Assembly (NCBI GenBank): GCA_022790955.1
Contig: JAAVYD010000143.1
Span: 4,635-68,634, forward strand
Source: Bacillota bacterium
GTDB taxonomy: Bacteria; Bacillota; Clostridia; Peptostreptococcales; Anaerovoracaceae
Length of the DNA: 64,000 nucleotides
Reading direction: 5' to 3'
The translations under genes and the position numbers were made by a program. The notes below the pieces were generated by a model that was not told the DNA's origin, did not search any database, and saw only the letters and a program-made list of their open reading frames with translations. This document shows, piece after piece, positions 18,801 to 28,400 of this stretch (within the stretch, counting starts at the first letter, position 1; the number at the start of each line of letters is the position of its first letter).

Positions 18801-19961
18801 ATGAAACGATTTTATACAGCAGAATCTGTAACGGAAGGGCACCCCGATAAACTGTGTGATTTGATCGCCGACAGTATTTTAGATGCCTGTCTTAGTCAGG
18901 ACAGTGAGGCGCGGGCAGCCTGCGAGGTACTGGCAACAAAAGGGAATATCATCGTAGCCGGAGAGATTACCAGTACCTATGAACCGAATGTGCCGGAAAT
19001 TATAAAAAAAACATTGGAAGATGTGGGATATTCGGCAGAAGGAATTGCGATAAATGTCCTGCTCCATAACCAGAGTCTGGATATTGCAGGGGCAGTAGAA
19101 AATTCAAAGGAGAAACGCACAGGACTTATATCCGGTCAGGCAGATTGGGAAAATGGCGCCGGCGATCAGGGTATTATGATTGGATATGCCTGCAATGAAA
19201 CGTCCCAAATGCTGCCCATGCCTGTTGTGCTGGCAAATCGGATTGTCCGGGAATTAGCCGCCTGCAGACGGAGCGGATATATAACGGGAATCCTGCCGGA
19301 CGGTAAGGCACAGGTCACCGTAGAATATGAAGATAACAGGCCGGCGCGTCTTGCCAGCGTGGTGGTATCCTGCCAGCATACGGAGGAAAAGAACCTGAAA
19401 AAACTGGAGCATGAAATCAGGAATAAAGTTTTGGCTGCGGCGCTTCACATTTTGCCGCCGGACGAGGATACGCAGATTTTTATAAATCCCTCCGGGCGGT
19501 TTGTCTGCGGCGGATTGGAGGCCGACACCGGGCTTACAGGAAGAAAGCTTATGGTGGACAGTTATGGAGGTATGGCTGCACATGGCGGCGGTGCGTTTTC
19601 CGGAAAGGATTGTTCCAAAGTTGACCGCTCCGGCGCATATATGGCGCGTTACATTGCGAAGAACATGGTGACAGCCGGCCTTGCCAGCAGGTGTCAGGTT
19701 TCGCTTGCCTATGCTATCGGCGTGGCGCAGCCTGTGATGGTACAGGTGGATACATTTGGCACAGGGAAGGTCTGTGCAGATGATTGTCTGGCGGCGGCAA
19801 TCCCTCTTGTGTTTGGACTTACGCCAAAGCAGATCGTAGATACTCTGCGTCTGAAACGCCCTATTTTCCGGCAGACTGCCGTATACGGACATTTTGGAAG
19901 AAAGGAATTTCCGTGGGAAAGGACAGACCGGGCAGAGCGGCTCCGTAACACAGTAATGTAA
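18801..19961 (+). CDS. metK: S-adenosylmethionine synthetase
   Basis: 386 aa with motifs GHPDKLCDLIADSILDA, GAGDQGIMIGYA and GGGAFSGKD. Confidence 0.95.
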   Translation: MKRFYTAESVTEGHPDKLCDLIADSILDACLSQDSEARAACEVLATKGNIIVAGEITSTYEPNVPEIIKKTLEDVGYSAEGIAINVLLHNQSLDIAGAVENSKEKRTGLISGQADWENGAGDQGIMIGYACNETSQMLPMPVVLANRIVRELAACRRSGYITGILPDGKAQVTVEYEDNRPARLASVVVSCQHTEEKNLKKLEHEIRNKVLAAALHILPPDEDTQIFINPSGRFVCGGLEADTGLTGRKLMVDSYGGMAAHGGGAFSGKDCSKVDRSGAYMARYIAKNMVTAGLASRCQVSLAYAIGVAQPVMVQVDTFGTGKVCADDCLAAAIPLVFGLTPKQIVDTLRLKRPIFRQTAVYGHFGRKEFPWERTDRAERLRNTVM

Positions 19962-20932
19962 TGGCCTGGGCAAGCGAAGAACAGATTCAGGTAGTCCTGC
20001 AGATACGGGCATTTGAATATCTGCAGGAGAATCAGCCGTACCGTCTGAAAAAGACGAGGATCATCAACGAATGGGAACTAACAGACCATGATAGTTTTAA
20101 AATCAATGGGATTACAAGTAAATGGCACTGGAAATCCAGAGATATCGGAGGGGTAAGCGCCTTGCGCTTTCTGATGCAGGTGGACGGCCAGAGTTTCCCG
20201 GAGGCGGTTGCGCTTCTTTCGGGGAAAGAATCTTCTTACGGGCGGACGGAAATGGAGGAGCCGAAGAAAAAGGAATTTGTGCTTCCAAAGGCAGGCAGGA
20301 ACTGCAGGCGTGTCTGGCACTACCTGAACCAGCGCGGAATCAGTGATGCGGTTATCCTGTATTGCAGGAGATTGGGGATTCTTTATGAGAGTGATCCCTA
20401 TCATAATGCTGTTTTTGTTGGGACAGATGAAAAAGGGATTCCCCGGTATGCATTTTTACGCGGGATTTACGATAAGGAGGGAAAGTCCTTTAAAATGGAA
20501 CAAGCGGGAAGCGAGAAACGGTATGCATTTTGTGTTCCCCCGGTGGGGGAAAGTGTCCGGGTTGCAGTATATGAAGCCTGCATTGACGCACTGGCGCACA
20601 TGACATTGGAGGAAGGGAAGGCAGATAAATACCGGCTTGTTTTGGGAGGAATCAGCGCGCCGAAAGAAGGGCAGTCCCGAAAAGAAATGAAAAAGCCGCC
20701 TGCATTGGAGCATTTTTTAAAGCAGCATCCAAAGATTCGGGAAATTGAAATCTGTACGGATAGTGACTTTGCCGGAAGATGGGCGTGCGAGCATATTCGG
20801 AAACAGTATGAAGGAGGATATCAGATGATTGAAAATTTGCCGAAGAAAGACGGGGCAGATTATGGAGACCTTGCAAAAGAGGCAGTAAAGGAGCGAAAGA
20901 AGTCATATCGAATAGAAGAACGGGAGAGGTGA
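19961..20932 (+). CDS. DUF3991/Toprim domain protein (element primase-like)
   Basis: 323 aa. Toprim Glu in VYEACIDALA and DxD in CTDSDFAG. The ATG overlaps the metK stop. Confidence 0.65.
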   Translation: MAWASEEQIQVVLQIRAFEYLQENQPYRLKKTRIINEWELTDHDSFKINGITSKWHWKSRDIGGVSALRFLMQVDGQSFPEAVALLSGKESSYGRTEMEEPKKKEFVLPKAGRNCRRVWHYLNQRGISDAVILYCRRLGILYESDPYHNAVFVGTDEKGIPRYAFLRGIYDKEGKSFKMEQAGSEKRYAFCVPPVGESVRVAVYEACIDALAHMTLEEGKADKYRLVLGGISAPKEGQSRKEMKKPPALEHFLKQHPKIREIEICTDSDFAGRWACEHIRKQYEGGYQMIENLPKKDGADYGDLAKEAVKERKKSYRIEERER

Positions 20933-21702
20933 CAGAGTTGTCTGAAGAGACGAATACGAAAATGAAACTGGAGATTTTATCGACATTGTCAGGTGTGTTC
21001 CGGCAGGACGAAAGGGAATATGATGATGAAAATGAGATGGACTGGGGCGATGTGCCGATGGAGGGCGCAGACCTTGCAGCATACGAAGAAGCGATAAAGA
21101 GAAAAATGCTGGAGTATGACGGCGGCGTTCCATGCGACCTGTGTCAATATTACAGCAGGAATGAGCAGATCAGAGAAAAAATCGAGAGCGCCATTGTGTC
21201 AGTTAAATGTGAGGAAGGCGTATTATATGGCTGTACAACACTGACTGTAAAAGAGCCGCTTAGTGAAGCAGAACTGGAAGAATTCAGCGACTATCTGACC
21301 GGGCAGTACAGTGATGGCTGGGGTGAGGGATTTGAACAGCAGGATATTCCGGTAGATGGCGGCGATCTGAATGTAAGTTTCTGGAGATATTCTGATTTCC
21401 AGATTCAGATTCGTCCTGTGACGCAGGGAGGCCAAGAACAGAAGAAGAAATTGTCCCGTCCGGAAATGCAGCTGCTTGGACATGATGGAAATATCTTTTC
21501 TATTATGGGAGATGCCAGGCAGCTGTTAGTCCGTAATGGCCAGAGGAATGAAGCGGACGAGATGATCGAAAGGGTAAAAGAATCCGGGAGCTACTACCGG
21601 GCGCTTGGCATTATTAGTGAATATGTGGAAACAGAACTAAGCAGTCCCCGGCAGGAGGGGAAAGAAAAGACGAAGAAAACGGCGCGCGGGGAATGCCGGT
21701 GA
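20929..21702 (+). CDS. Conserved conjugative-element hypothetical protein (acidic)
   Basis: 257-aa ORF whose start overlaps the previous stop. No motif recognised. Confidence 0.5.
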   Translation: MTELSEETNTKMKLEILSTLSGVFRQDEREYDDENEMDWGDVPMEGADLAAYEEAIKRKMLEYDGGVPCDLCQYYSRNEQIREKIESAIVSVKCEEGVLYGCTTLTVKEPLSEAELEEFSDYLTGQYSDGWGEGFEQQDIPVDGGDLNVSFWRYSDFQIQIRPVTQGGQEQKKKLSRPEMQLLGHDGNIFSIMGDARQLLVRNGQRNEADEMIERVKESGSYYRALGIISEYVETELSSPRQEGKEKTKKTARGECR

Positions 21703-21734
21703 AATAGTAAAAATAAAAGGGAAAGGATGATGCT

Positions 21735-22565
21735 ATGGAAAATTGTTTGAAACTGGAAGAACTGATGAAAGAAGGAATGTTCCCGGAAGAATTTACGGGC
21801 GGGGAGCGGTGGCAGATTCTGCATGGCGATACGCTGAAATTAGTACAGTCATTTCAGCCGGGTGTATTTGACGCAATCATTACAGATCCGCCCTATGCTT
21901 CCGGAGGTACCAGGCAGAATGAGCGCAACCGTACTACAAATCAGAAGTACAGCAGTATGAAGCCGGGAAATGCTCTGCCGGATTTTGACGGAGATAATAA
22001 GGATCAGCGTTCCTGGACGCACTGGATGGCAGAATGGCTGTATGATGCGAGAAAAGCATGCAAAAGCGGCGCCCCTGTCTGCCTGTTCATTGACTGGAGG
22101 CAGTATCCGTCTATTACAGACGCTTTGCAGTGGGCAGGCTGGATCTGGAGAGGAACGGCTGTGTGGGATAAGGGGAATTCCCGCCCGCAGAAAGGCCGTT
22201 TTCGTCAGCAGGCTGAATACATTGTGTGGGGAAGCAATGGCCCAATGCCGGTGAGCCGTCCGGTGTCCTGCCTGCCGGGAGTGTTTCGGTACGGAAATCC
22301 CCAGAACCGTATCCATGTGACGGAAAAGCCGCTACAGCTTATGAAAGATGTGATTCAGATTTGTGAGCCGGGAGGCAGAATCTTAGATCCCTTTGCCGGA
22401 GCAGGCACAACAATCCTTGCGGCCGTAGAGGAAGGATATGAGGCGGTGGGGATCGAAGTGACGGACGCATATTATAAGCTGGGTACTGACCGGGTACGTT
22501 TTGCATTGGAAGCAAAGGAAAAGGAAGAGCAGGAGAATAGGGAAGAAACAGGGCAGAAAGTGTGA
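21735..22565 (+). CDS. N6-adenine/N4-cytosine DNA methyltransferase (PF01555-like), orphan
   Basis: 276 aa. Catalytic motif IITDPPYASGG and SAM-binding ILDPFAGAGTT. No restriction partner nearby. Confidence 0.85.
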   Translation: MENCLKLEELMKEGMFPEEFTGGERWQILHGDTLKLVQSFQPGVFDAIITDPPYASGGTRQNERNRTTNQKYSSMKPGNALPDFDGDNKDQRSWTHWMAEWLYDARKACKSGAPVCLFIDWRQYPSITDALQWAGWIWRGTAVWDKGNSRPQKGRFRQQAEYIVWGSNGPMPVSRPVSCLPGVFRYGNPQNRIHVTEKPLQLMKDVIQICEPGGRILDPFAGAGTTILAAVEEGYEAVGIEVTDAYYKLGTDRVRFALEAKEKEEQENREETGQKV

Positions 22566-22627
22566 CAGGGTATCCCATTGGATGCCCTGAAACCGTTTCA
22601 TGGGAAAGGCAGGCATCCATATGGATG
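22565..22627. promoter_or_regulatory. Two inverted repeats sharing GGATGC/GCATCC half-sites
   Basis: CAGGGTATCC-CATT-GGATGCCCTG (22565-22588, 9/10 arms) and the perfect 16-bp palindrome GCATCCATATGGATGC (22612-22627). Confidence 0.6.
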
Positions 22628-22641
22628 CGGAAAGGAAATGA

Positions 22642-23019
22642 ATGAAAAAAATGTATGATGTAACTGTCCAGGAAGTTCGGGAGTGGAGTGTGAAGATTCC
22701 TGCCTTAAGCGGAGAAGAAGCAAAGCGGATTGTAAAGGAAGGATGTCATCTGCATGGATTTACAACCAGCGCCGATGATGTAAAATCCGTCAGTTATGAA
22801 GCGGTGGAGCAATTGCCGAAAACTGTATTTGAAGTAGAAATTAAAAAAGTATATACCATTAAAAAATCAATTGCCGCTTATACAAAAGAGCAAGCCGTAG
22901 AGCGGGCGGAGATATTTTATGAGGACAGAGCTTTTGACGGAGAATTTGACGACAGTACGCTGGAGGTGCTCTTTGAGGCAAAAGAACAGAAAATAAAAGA
23001 AAAAGAACCGGAACGATAG
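22642..23019 (+). CDS. DpnD/PcfM-like small protein (tentative)
   Basis: 125 aa. It has two similar halves (YDVTVQEVREWSVKIPALSGEEAKRIVKE and FEVEIKKVYTIKKSIAAYTKEQAVERAE), as in PcfM-type proteins. Confidence 0.45.
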   Translation: MKKMYDVTVQEVREWSVKIPALSGEEAKRIVKEGCHLHGFTTSADDVKSVSYEAVEQLPKTVFEVEIKKVYTIKKSIAAYTKEQAVERAEIFYEDRAFDGEFDDSTLEVLFEAKEQKIKEKEPER

Positions 23020-23030
23020 GGGGGATTTAT

Positions 23031-23354
23031 ATGGAACAGGCATTGGCGTATGTGTCCTGTCCGACAGACGATAGCCGGGCAAAGATGCAGAAATACTGCC
23101 GGAAGATTTATGAGCTGGGATATGTTCCCATCTGTCCTCAGTTTGGCTTTGCTCCGTTTTTAAATGAGAGTGAGGCAGAGGACCAGCAGGCATTGAATCG
23201 AATGTCACATATTATTCTCAGGCGGTGCCGTATGGTAGTGGTCTGCGGAAAGGAAGTGACTGGTACGATGAATACGGAGATCAGCATGGCAGACAGACTC
23301 CATATCATCTGCACGACGCTGGATGGATTGATAAAGATTAAAGAGACGGAGTAA
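23031..23354 (+). CDS. DUF4406-like (nucleoside deoxyribosyltransferase-fold) protein, tentative
   Basis: 107-aa ORF with the GGGGGA RBS region. Family call is from general resemblance only. Confidence 0.4.
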   Translation: MEQALAYVSCPTDDSRAKMQKYCRKIYELGYVPICPQFGFAPFLNESEAEDQQALNRMSHIILRRCRMVVVCGKEVTGTMNTEISMADRLHIICTTLDGLIKIKETE

Positions 23355-23417
23355 CCAGTGGCTTCGATTCTGACGGGGGAAATTGATTTCGCTGGTGCGA
23401 CAGGTTTTGCAAGCATA

Positions 23418-23437
23418 GCGTTTGGATATCCAAACGC
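23418..23437. promoter_or_regulatory. Perfect 20-bp palindrome (oriT or operator candidate)
   Basis: GCGTTTGGATATCCAAACGC lies in the 131-nt gap upstream of the 23486 / mobC / relaxase block. Confidence 0.5.
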
Positions 23438-23485
23438 ACTTTGGGGAGAACCCCAATCCCCCAGAAAGGAGAGGAATAAGTAATT

Positions 23486-23941
23486 ATGAAAGTAGCTCTG
23501 GAACAAAGAATGGAAGCTGTGTTTAACAGGAAAGCGCTGAATCTCCGACAGCTAAAGGAGGTGTCAGGCAGAGGGCGTCAAAAGCAGAGATTCCGGGTGG
23601 AAAAGATTGCAGAACTGTCCCCGGAAGATTTTGCGTTGATTTCCACAAGGTTAGACAATTATTACCGTTTTCTGTATGAAAGCAGGGAATCTATGTATTT
23701 TGATGCTGGAGACCAATGTTTTCATTGCATTCTTATTACAACGGCAGAAAGAAAAGAAGGGATACTTGTAGAGGCAGAAGGATATGCGTATGTCCGGTAT
23801 GGAGCCTATATTCCGGATTGTAGGAAGCTGGATCTGCGTCAGGCAGAGGTAATGAAGGAGGTGACGCTCTCCCATGATATTCCTGAAGAATATTGGAGGA
23901 CGGGGGAGCGGCAGAAAACAGGAAAAGGGCAGGAAAGGTAG
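23486..23941 (+). CDS. Hypothetical protein upstream of mobC
   Basis: 151-aa ORF with an AGGAGAGG RBS. No motif recognised. Confidence 0.5.
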   Translation: MKVALEQRMEAVFNRKALNLRQLKEVSGRGRQKQRFRVEKIAELSPEDFALISTRLDNYYRFLYESRESMYFDAGDQCFHCILITTAERKEGILVEAEGYAYVRYGAYIPDCRKLDLRQAEVMKEVTLSHDIPEEYWRTGERQKTGKGQER

Positions 23942-23949
23942 GTGAATCT

Positions 23950-24258
23950 ATGCGGAAACGAAATCATGTAGTGCCGGTGCGTTTAAATGCAAAGGAGCTG
24001 CGGCATTTGGACGAACAGGTACGCTTAAGCGGTCTTGCGAGGGAAGAATATTTGCGGACGCTGATTCTTGGAGCAGAAGTTCATGCGAAGCCTTGTGAGC
24101 ATCATGCAGATCTGCTTCGAAAGGTTGCAGGTTTATGTAATAATGCCAACCAGCTTGCCCATACAGCCAACGCATCAGGAACGGCTAGTCAGGAAAGTAT
24201 CCGGGAAATGTTGCGGATCTCGAAAGAGACATGGCAGCTTGTGAAAGAGGAATGGTAA
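23950..24258 (+). CDS. mobC: MobC-type relaxosome accessory protein (RHH)
   Basis: N-terminal RKRNHVVPVRLNAKELRHLDEQVRLSGLAREEYLRTLILG pattern, immediately upstream of the relaxase. Confidence 0.7.
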   Translation: MRKRNHVVPVRLNAKELRHLDEQVRLSGLAREEYLRTLILGAEVHAKPCEHHADLLRKVAGLCNNANQLAHTANASGTASQESIREMLRISKETWQLVKEEW

Positions 24259-24264
24259 TGGCTT

Positions 24265-25557
24265 ATGGCATACACCAGTATCATTCCCGTCCACCGCCTT
24301 GACAATTCTATTGAATACGTCAGGGATAAAGAAAAGATTGCAAGAAAGGCAGAAAGAGCCGGCTCATTAGAAGAGGCGGTTTCGTATGCCCTGAACCGGG
24401 AGAAAACAGAGCAGAGCATCTTTGAGGATTCCATTGGATGTACCTGTGAATCTGCCTGTCAGGATATGATTGCAACCAAAGAGCGGTTTCACAAGATGGG
24501 CGGCGTGCAGGGATATCACCTGATCCAAAGCTTTGCCGCCGGGGAGGTGACCCCGGAACTGGCACACCTTATGGGGCAGGAACTGGCAGAACAGCTCCTT
24601 AAAGGAAGATTTGAGGTGGTGATTACAACTCATCTTAACACCAACCACTATCATAATCATTTGGTATTTAATTCTGTCAGTATGGCAGACGGCAGAAAGT
24701 ATCACAGCAATGCCAGAAGTTATTATGAGGAAGTCCGGAAAATATCGGACGGTCTGTGCCGGAAGTATGGGCTGTCCATTATTCAGACCAATAACGGGAA
24801 AGGGAAATCATACGCCCAGTGGCAGGCGGAAAAGAAAGGCGAGGCAACCTGGAGGACCGCCATACAGATGGATATCCGGGAAGCGGTTCAGATTAGCTTC
24901 ACCTGGAAACAGTTCCTGTCTGAGATGGAGAAACGGGGCTATGTGTGGAAATTGAACCGGAAATATATTGCCTTGAAAGCGCCGGGAATGGAACGCTATA
25001 TGCGGTTAAAAAGTCTGGGGAAACATTATTGTGAGCAGGCAGTCCGGGAATGGATTCTGCATCCGAAAGAAAAAGGGAAAAGGCAGGCAGGAAGAGCCGG
25101 GACAGGGTGGAAGAAAACCACTGGATTGCAGGCTCTTTATTATTCCTATCTTTATCAAATGGGCATCATGGAAAAACGTCCAAAGCGGGTGTCCTATCTG
25201 GTTCGTGCGGATATCCGCAGGCTGGATAAGCGGATTACTCAGATGGAATTCCTGCAGAAACATGGGATCACGACACGTGAACAGCTTTCCGCTTACCGGA
25301 AACCACTGGAAGAACAGGTACTGGTGCTTCTTAGGGAACGCCAGAGACTCTACCGCAGAGAGCCAGAGTCAGGACGAATTACAGAGATTGGAGAGAAGCT
25401 GAAATCTTTACGTGGGGAGATCAAACTGTGCGGGCAGATAGAGCAGCACTCAAAGGAGATAGAAGAAAGGCTGAGAAGAGCAGAGAAAGAGAAAGCTGAA
25501 ACGAAAGAGCAAGGAAAGGAGGAAACCAGATGGAAGAAACAGATACCGACAAAGTAA
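24265..25557 (+). CDS. Relaxase/mobilisation nuclease (PF03432-like)
   Basis: 430 aa. Histidine triad HLNTNHYHNHLVFNSV. The N-terminal IPV...YV region carries the candidate catalytic Tyr. Coiled-coil C-terminus. Confidence 0.85.
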   Translation: MAYTSIIPVHRLDNSIEYVRDKEKIARKAERAGSLEEAVSYALNREKTEQSIFEDSIGCTCESACQDMIATKERFHKMGGVQGYHLIQSFAAGEVTPELAHLMGQELAEQLLKGRFEVVITTHLNTNHYHNHLVFNSVSMADGRKYHSNARSYYEEVRKISDGLCRKYGLSIIQTNNGKGKSYAQWQAEKKGEATWRTAIQMDIREAVQISFTWKQFLSEMEKRGYVWKLNRKYIALKAPGMERYMRLKSLGKHYCEQAVREWILHPKEKGKRQAGRAGTGWKKTTGLQALYYSYLYQMGIMEKRPKRVSYLVRADIRRLDKRITQMEFLQKHGITTREQLSAYRKPLEEQVLVLLRERQRLYRREPESGRITEIGEKLKSLRGEIKLCGQIEQHSKEIEERLRRAEKEKAETKEQGKEETRWKKQIPTK

Positions 25558-26519
25558 AATATTATTCCATTGATGAGGGCGCAGCGCGCAGGTCGAAAGA
25601 GATGATGAGTTTTTTTGATTACCGGGAAGGAAGCGCAACAGAAGAATATCGAAAGCAGGTGGATCAGGCAGTGCAGATTGCAGTGGCGCAGAAAGAAAAG
25701 GTTGATCCAGTCTATCACGAAAAAATTGATACACTTTTGGACACCTATGCACGAAAATTGGCTGAGAACATGAACCATCAGTTTGAAATTGACGCACGTG
25801 TACCGTCTATTCTGATTGCAGGAGGCGCGAATTTTCCGGTGAGAAAAAAAGAGAAGCAGAATGCTGCCGGCGCAAAAAACAGGGAGGAGTGGCGGCAGAT
25901 ACAGGGGATTCTGGATAAAATCCGGGGAACAGGAACAAGCGGCATCCGCTCAGACCATCCTCATGCATTAGAGCAGCTCAAAAGAAAGCTGGAGCATTTG
26001 GAACAGTCCCAGAAGCTTATGAAAGACGTGAATGCCTATTACCGGAAGAATAAGTCTTTGGAAGGCTGTACCCTTTTATCTGCGGAGCAGACGGAGAAGA
26101 TTCGGACGTCAATGGAGCAGTTGTGGCATCCAGAGCCAAAACCATTCCCATCTTATGTGTTATCTAATAATGGTGCAGAGATACGTCGGATCCGATCCCG
26201 AATACAGGAATTGGAGCGGTATGCGGAAAGCGAATTCAGGGGATGGGAATTTGCCGGAGGAAGAGCAGTAGCGAATCAGGAAGAGAACCGCCTGCAATTA
26301 TTCTTTAAGGAAAAGCCGTCAGCAGAGCAGAGACATGAATTAAGACGGAGCGGATTTCAGTGGGCACCAAGCACCGGGGCATGGCAAAGGCTGTTGAATG
26401 ACAATGCAATATCTGCCGCCGGGAGGCTTCCGTTTCTTATGCCGCTTTCTGGGAAAACGGTAAGACAGCTCCAGCCGGGGGCAGGAAGAAAGCCGGGAAA
26501 TAGAGAAAACAGCCGGTAA
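25530..26519 (+). CDS. DUF3560-like protein (tentative)
   Basis: 329 aa. C-terminal LRRSGFQWAPSTGAWQR pattern. Overlaps the relaxase end. Confidence 0.4.
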   Translation: MEETDTDKVKYYSIDEGAARRSKEMMSFFDYREGSATEEYRKQVDQAVQIAVAQKEKVDPVYHEKIDTLLDTYARKLAENMNHQFEIDARVPSILIAGGANFPVRKKEKQNAAGAKNREEWRQIQGILDKIRGTGTSGIRSDHPHALEQLKRKLEHLEQSQKLMKDVNAYYRKNKSLEGCTLLSAEQTEKIRTSMEQLWHPEPKPFPSYVLSNNGAEIRRIRSRIQELERYAESEFRGWEFAGGRAVANQEENRLQLFFKEKPSAEQRHELRRSGFQWAPSTGAWQRLLNDNAISAAGRLPFLMPLSGKTVRQLQPGAGRKPGNRENSR

Positions 26520-26549
26520 TGAAAAAAATGATATAAGAGAAAACAGGAG

Positions 26550-27335
26550 GTGGACGCTATGAATTTAGGAGGTGAAGCGGCAGATCAGGTTGTCCGGTAT
26601 TCATTAGAGGGGCTGGATCACAGCCTGCGGTTATCGGGAACCGCAGCGAAGAACCTGGCAGTATTCCTTGCAGCTCTTTTGAAAAATAATAAGAAGAGTT
26701 ATGGAAAAATCTGTATGGCGAGGATGCTAAAAGAGAATAGACCGCTGAAGTTTTTTATGATTCCTTCAAAACGTATCCACGAGTTTGCGAAGGAGGGGAA
26801 GAAGAGGGGGCTGCCCTATGTGGTGATCCGGGACAGGAAAAATCCTCAGTTGTGTGAGTTGATGGTATTTGCAGACGATGCGGCAAAGGTAAACCGGGTT
26901 ATGGACAAGATGAATCTGGATTTCCTGAAATCTGAAAGCTGCGAGGCGGTGCAGGAAGTAGCAGGAGAAACAGAAAAAACAGCAGCGCCTGAACAAGAGA
27001 TTCCAGTCATAACAGAGACGGTTGAAATGCCGGAGGGCGAAGTACAGTTTGAACTGGGAAGTATGGAGAATGATTTTAATTTCGGGAATCTGACAGGTGA
27101 AGCAGGAAATTTTACGCAGGCGAAGGAAGAAAGGAATCTGTCCGATCTTTCCTCGCGCAACAGAGATATTTTTACCGGGCAGGACGGAGAGAGTAAAAGG
27201 GCGTCAGTGCGGGAGGAATTAAACCAGATTAAGCAGGAGAAGCAAGAGGCAGGACGAAAAAAGAAGCAGAGGAACAAAGGGCGTTCCGGACGCAGGAATA
27301 AAAAGAAAATAAAAAATAAAGGAAAAGGAAGGTAA
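26550..27335 (+). CDS. PcfB/DUF3801-family protein
   Basis: N-terminal LSGTAAKNLAVFLAALLKNNKKSYGKICMARMLKENRPLKFF pattern, with a Lys-rich tail. Confidence 0.6.
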   Translation: MDAMNLGGEAADQVVRYSLEGLDHSLRLSGTAAKNLAVFLAALLKNNKKSYGKICMARMLKENRPLKFFMIPSKRIHEFAKEGKKRGLPYVVIRDRKNPQLCELMVFADDAAKVNRVMDKMNLDFLKSESCEAVQEVAGETEKTAAPEQEIPVITETVEMPEGEVQFELGSMENDFNFGNLTGEAGNFTQAKEERNLSDLSSRNRDIFTGQDGESKRASVREELNQIKQEKQEAGRKKKQRNKGRSGRRNKKKIKNKGKGR

Positions 27336-27339
27336 GAGA

Positions 27340-28284
27340 ATGGATTTATCAAAATATTTGCAGAATGAGGCAGAGACGCCTGTAGATACGGGAGGACAGC
27401 TATCAAAAGAGGAATATGCAGCATTAAAAAAGCAGGAGCGTGAGGAAGTGTGGGGAGAAATTGACTCGAAAGCGCAGGATATTTTCAAGGACAGCGATTC
27501 TCTGAAAGGATTCCTTGATTTTATGGCACAATGCAAACCACAGAGGACGCCGAACCTGTTGCTGCTTTACAGCCAGAATCCGGAAATCCGTCAGGTAAAG
27601 ACTTTTGAAAAATGGAAAGAAGAACATAAGACGGTAAAAGCCGGTGTGCATGGCTATACGTTTATGGCAGAGAACAGATATGAAAAAGACGGGGAAATCC
27701 GTCAGGGTTATAAAATCTGCAAGGCATATGATATCAGCCAGATCCGCACAAAGCAGCCGGAGACGGAAGAACCGAAGCCGATGGACACCTTAATGGGGGC
27801 GCTTCTGACAGATACGGATACCCGGATTCTGGTAGCGGACCATCTTCCGGAGAACGTGCAGGCGCAGTATATTCCAAGACAGCGTACCATTTATGTGCGG
27901 AATGGAATGAGCGAAATCATGACATTTCATGCAATCAACCGGGAACTGGCATGTGCTTCTTTGGACAGGCGCGACGGGACGTACAACCGGGCAGAGGTTT
28001 CGCCGCAGGCATTCTGCACCGCTTATGTGGTAGCGCAGAAATATGGTGTGGATACGGCCGGATTCCAGTTTGACATGGTATGTGAAAAGATGGAATATGG
28101 CACAAAAGATCCGAAGGAACTGCGGGATTTTGTGCATGAAATTAAGAGCGCTGCATACAGCATTGAAAAACATATCGACCGTAACCTGGGAGAGCCGGAA
28201 CAGGAATTTATAGCAGATGAATTTGCGGTATCCGAGGGGAAAAAGCAGAAAGGAAATAAGGCCAAAAATCAGCCGGAACGCTGA
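27340..28284 (+). CDS. ArdC-like antirestriction protein, N-terminal ssDNA-binding domain type
   Basis: 314 aa. FLDFMAQCKPQRTPNLLLLYSQNPEIRQVKTFEKWKEEHKTVKAGVHG resembles the ArdC N-domain core. Confidence 0.55.
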   Translation: MDLSKYLQNEAETPVDTGGQLSKEEYAALKKQEREEVWGEIDSKAQDIFKDSDSLKGFLDFMAQCKPQRTPNLLLLYSQNPEIRQVKTFEKWKEEHKTVKAGVHGYTFMAENRYEKDGEIRQGYKICKAYDISQIRTKQPETEEPKPMDTLMGALLTDTDTRILVADHLPENVQAQYIPRQRTIYVRNGMSEIMTFHAINRELACASLDRRDGTYNRAEVSPQAFCTAYVVAQKYGVDTAGFQFDMVCEKMEYGTKDPKELRDFVHEIKSAAYSIEKHIDRNLGEPEQEFIADEFAVSEGKKQKGNKAKNQPER

Positions 28285-28400
28285 AACGGGGAATTTCTTT
28301 CTGCATAAGAACGGCAGATATTAAGCCGGGGTGCGGCAGGCTCAGGATAAGTAAACTGTGAAAGGAGGGGCGTTTTATAGAGAAAAAAAGGTGTATCAAG

